Assembly: GCF_018977255.1 (NCBI RefSeq)
Contig: NW_024704742.1
Coordinates: 107,572,001-107,636,000, forward strand
From: Callorhinchus milii
Taxonomy: Eukaryota
DNA: 64,000 nt
Direction of reading: 5' to 3'
In this document: piece after piece, positions 63,951 through 64,000 of the stretch
How the letters are laid out: the number at the start of each line of letters is the position of its first letter
Numbering within the stretch: position 1 is the first letter of the stretch
Notes under the pieces: model-generated
Database searches by the model: none
Told to the model about the DNA's origin: nothing
The model's input: only the letters and a program-made list of their open reading frames with translations
Program-made: the position numbers and the translations under genes

Positions 63951-64000
63951 TATTTGTGTGTCAACCTGGCTCAGTTGGTAGCACTCTTACCTCTGAGTCA

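Overview
Repeat-rich, AT-rich vertebrate non-coding DNA (large intron or gene desert). I found no host exon, rRNA, true tRNA gene or CRISPR array. The repeats are CR1 and L2 LINEs, DeuSINE-type tRNA-derived SINEs with L2-like tails and a Penelope-like remnant. They point to a cartilaginous fish, possibly a holocephalan (inference). There are also two DNA transposons with clean ends: a Ginger2-like element (41503-42979) and a hAT MITE (45204-46091). The most notable feature is a ~745-bp degraded reading frame at about 61976-62720 (- strand). By manual comparison it resembles the post-motif-E/thumb region of a segmented negative-strand RNA virus polymerase (bunyavirus/arenavirus L, orthomyxovirus PB1). 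It abuts the 5'-truncation point of an L2 3' end, so it is a candidate non-retroviral endogenous viral element captured by L2 template switching. Family assignments come from motif recognition without database searches, and boundaries of old fragments are approximate.
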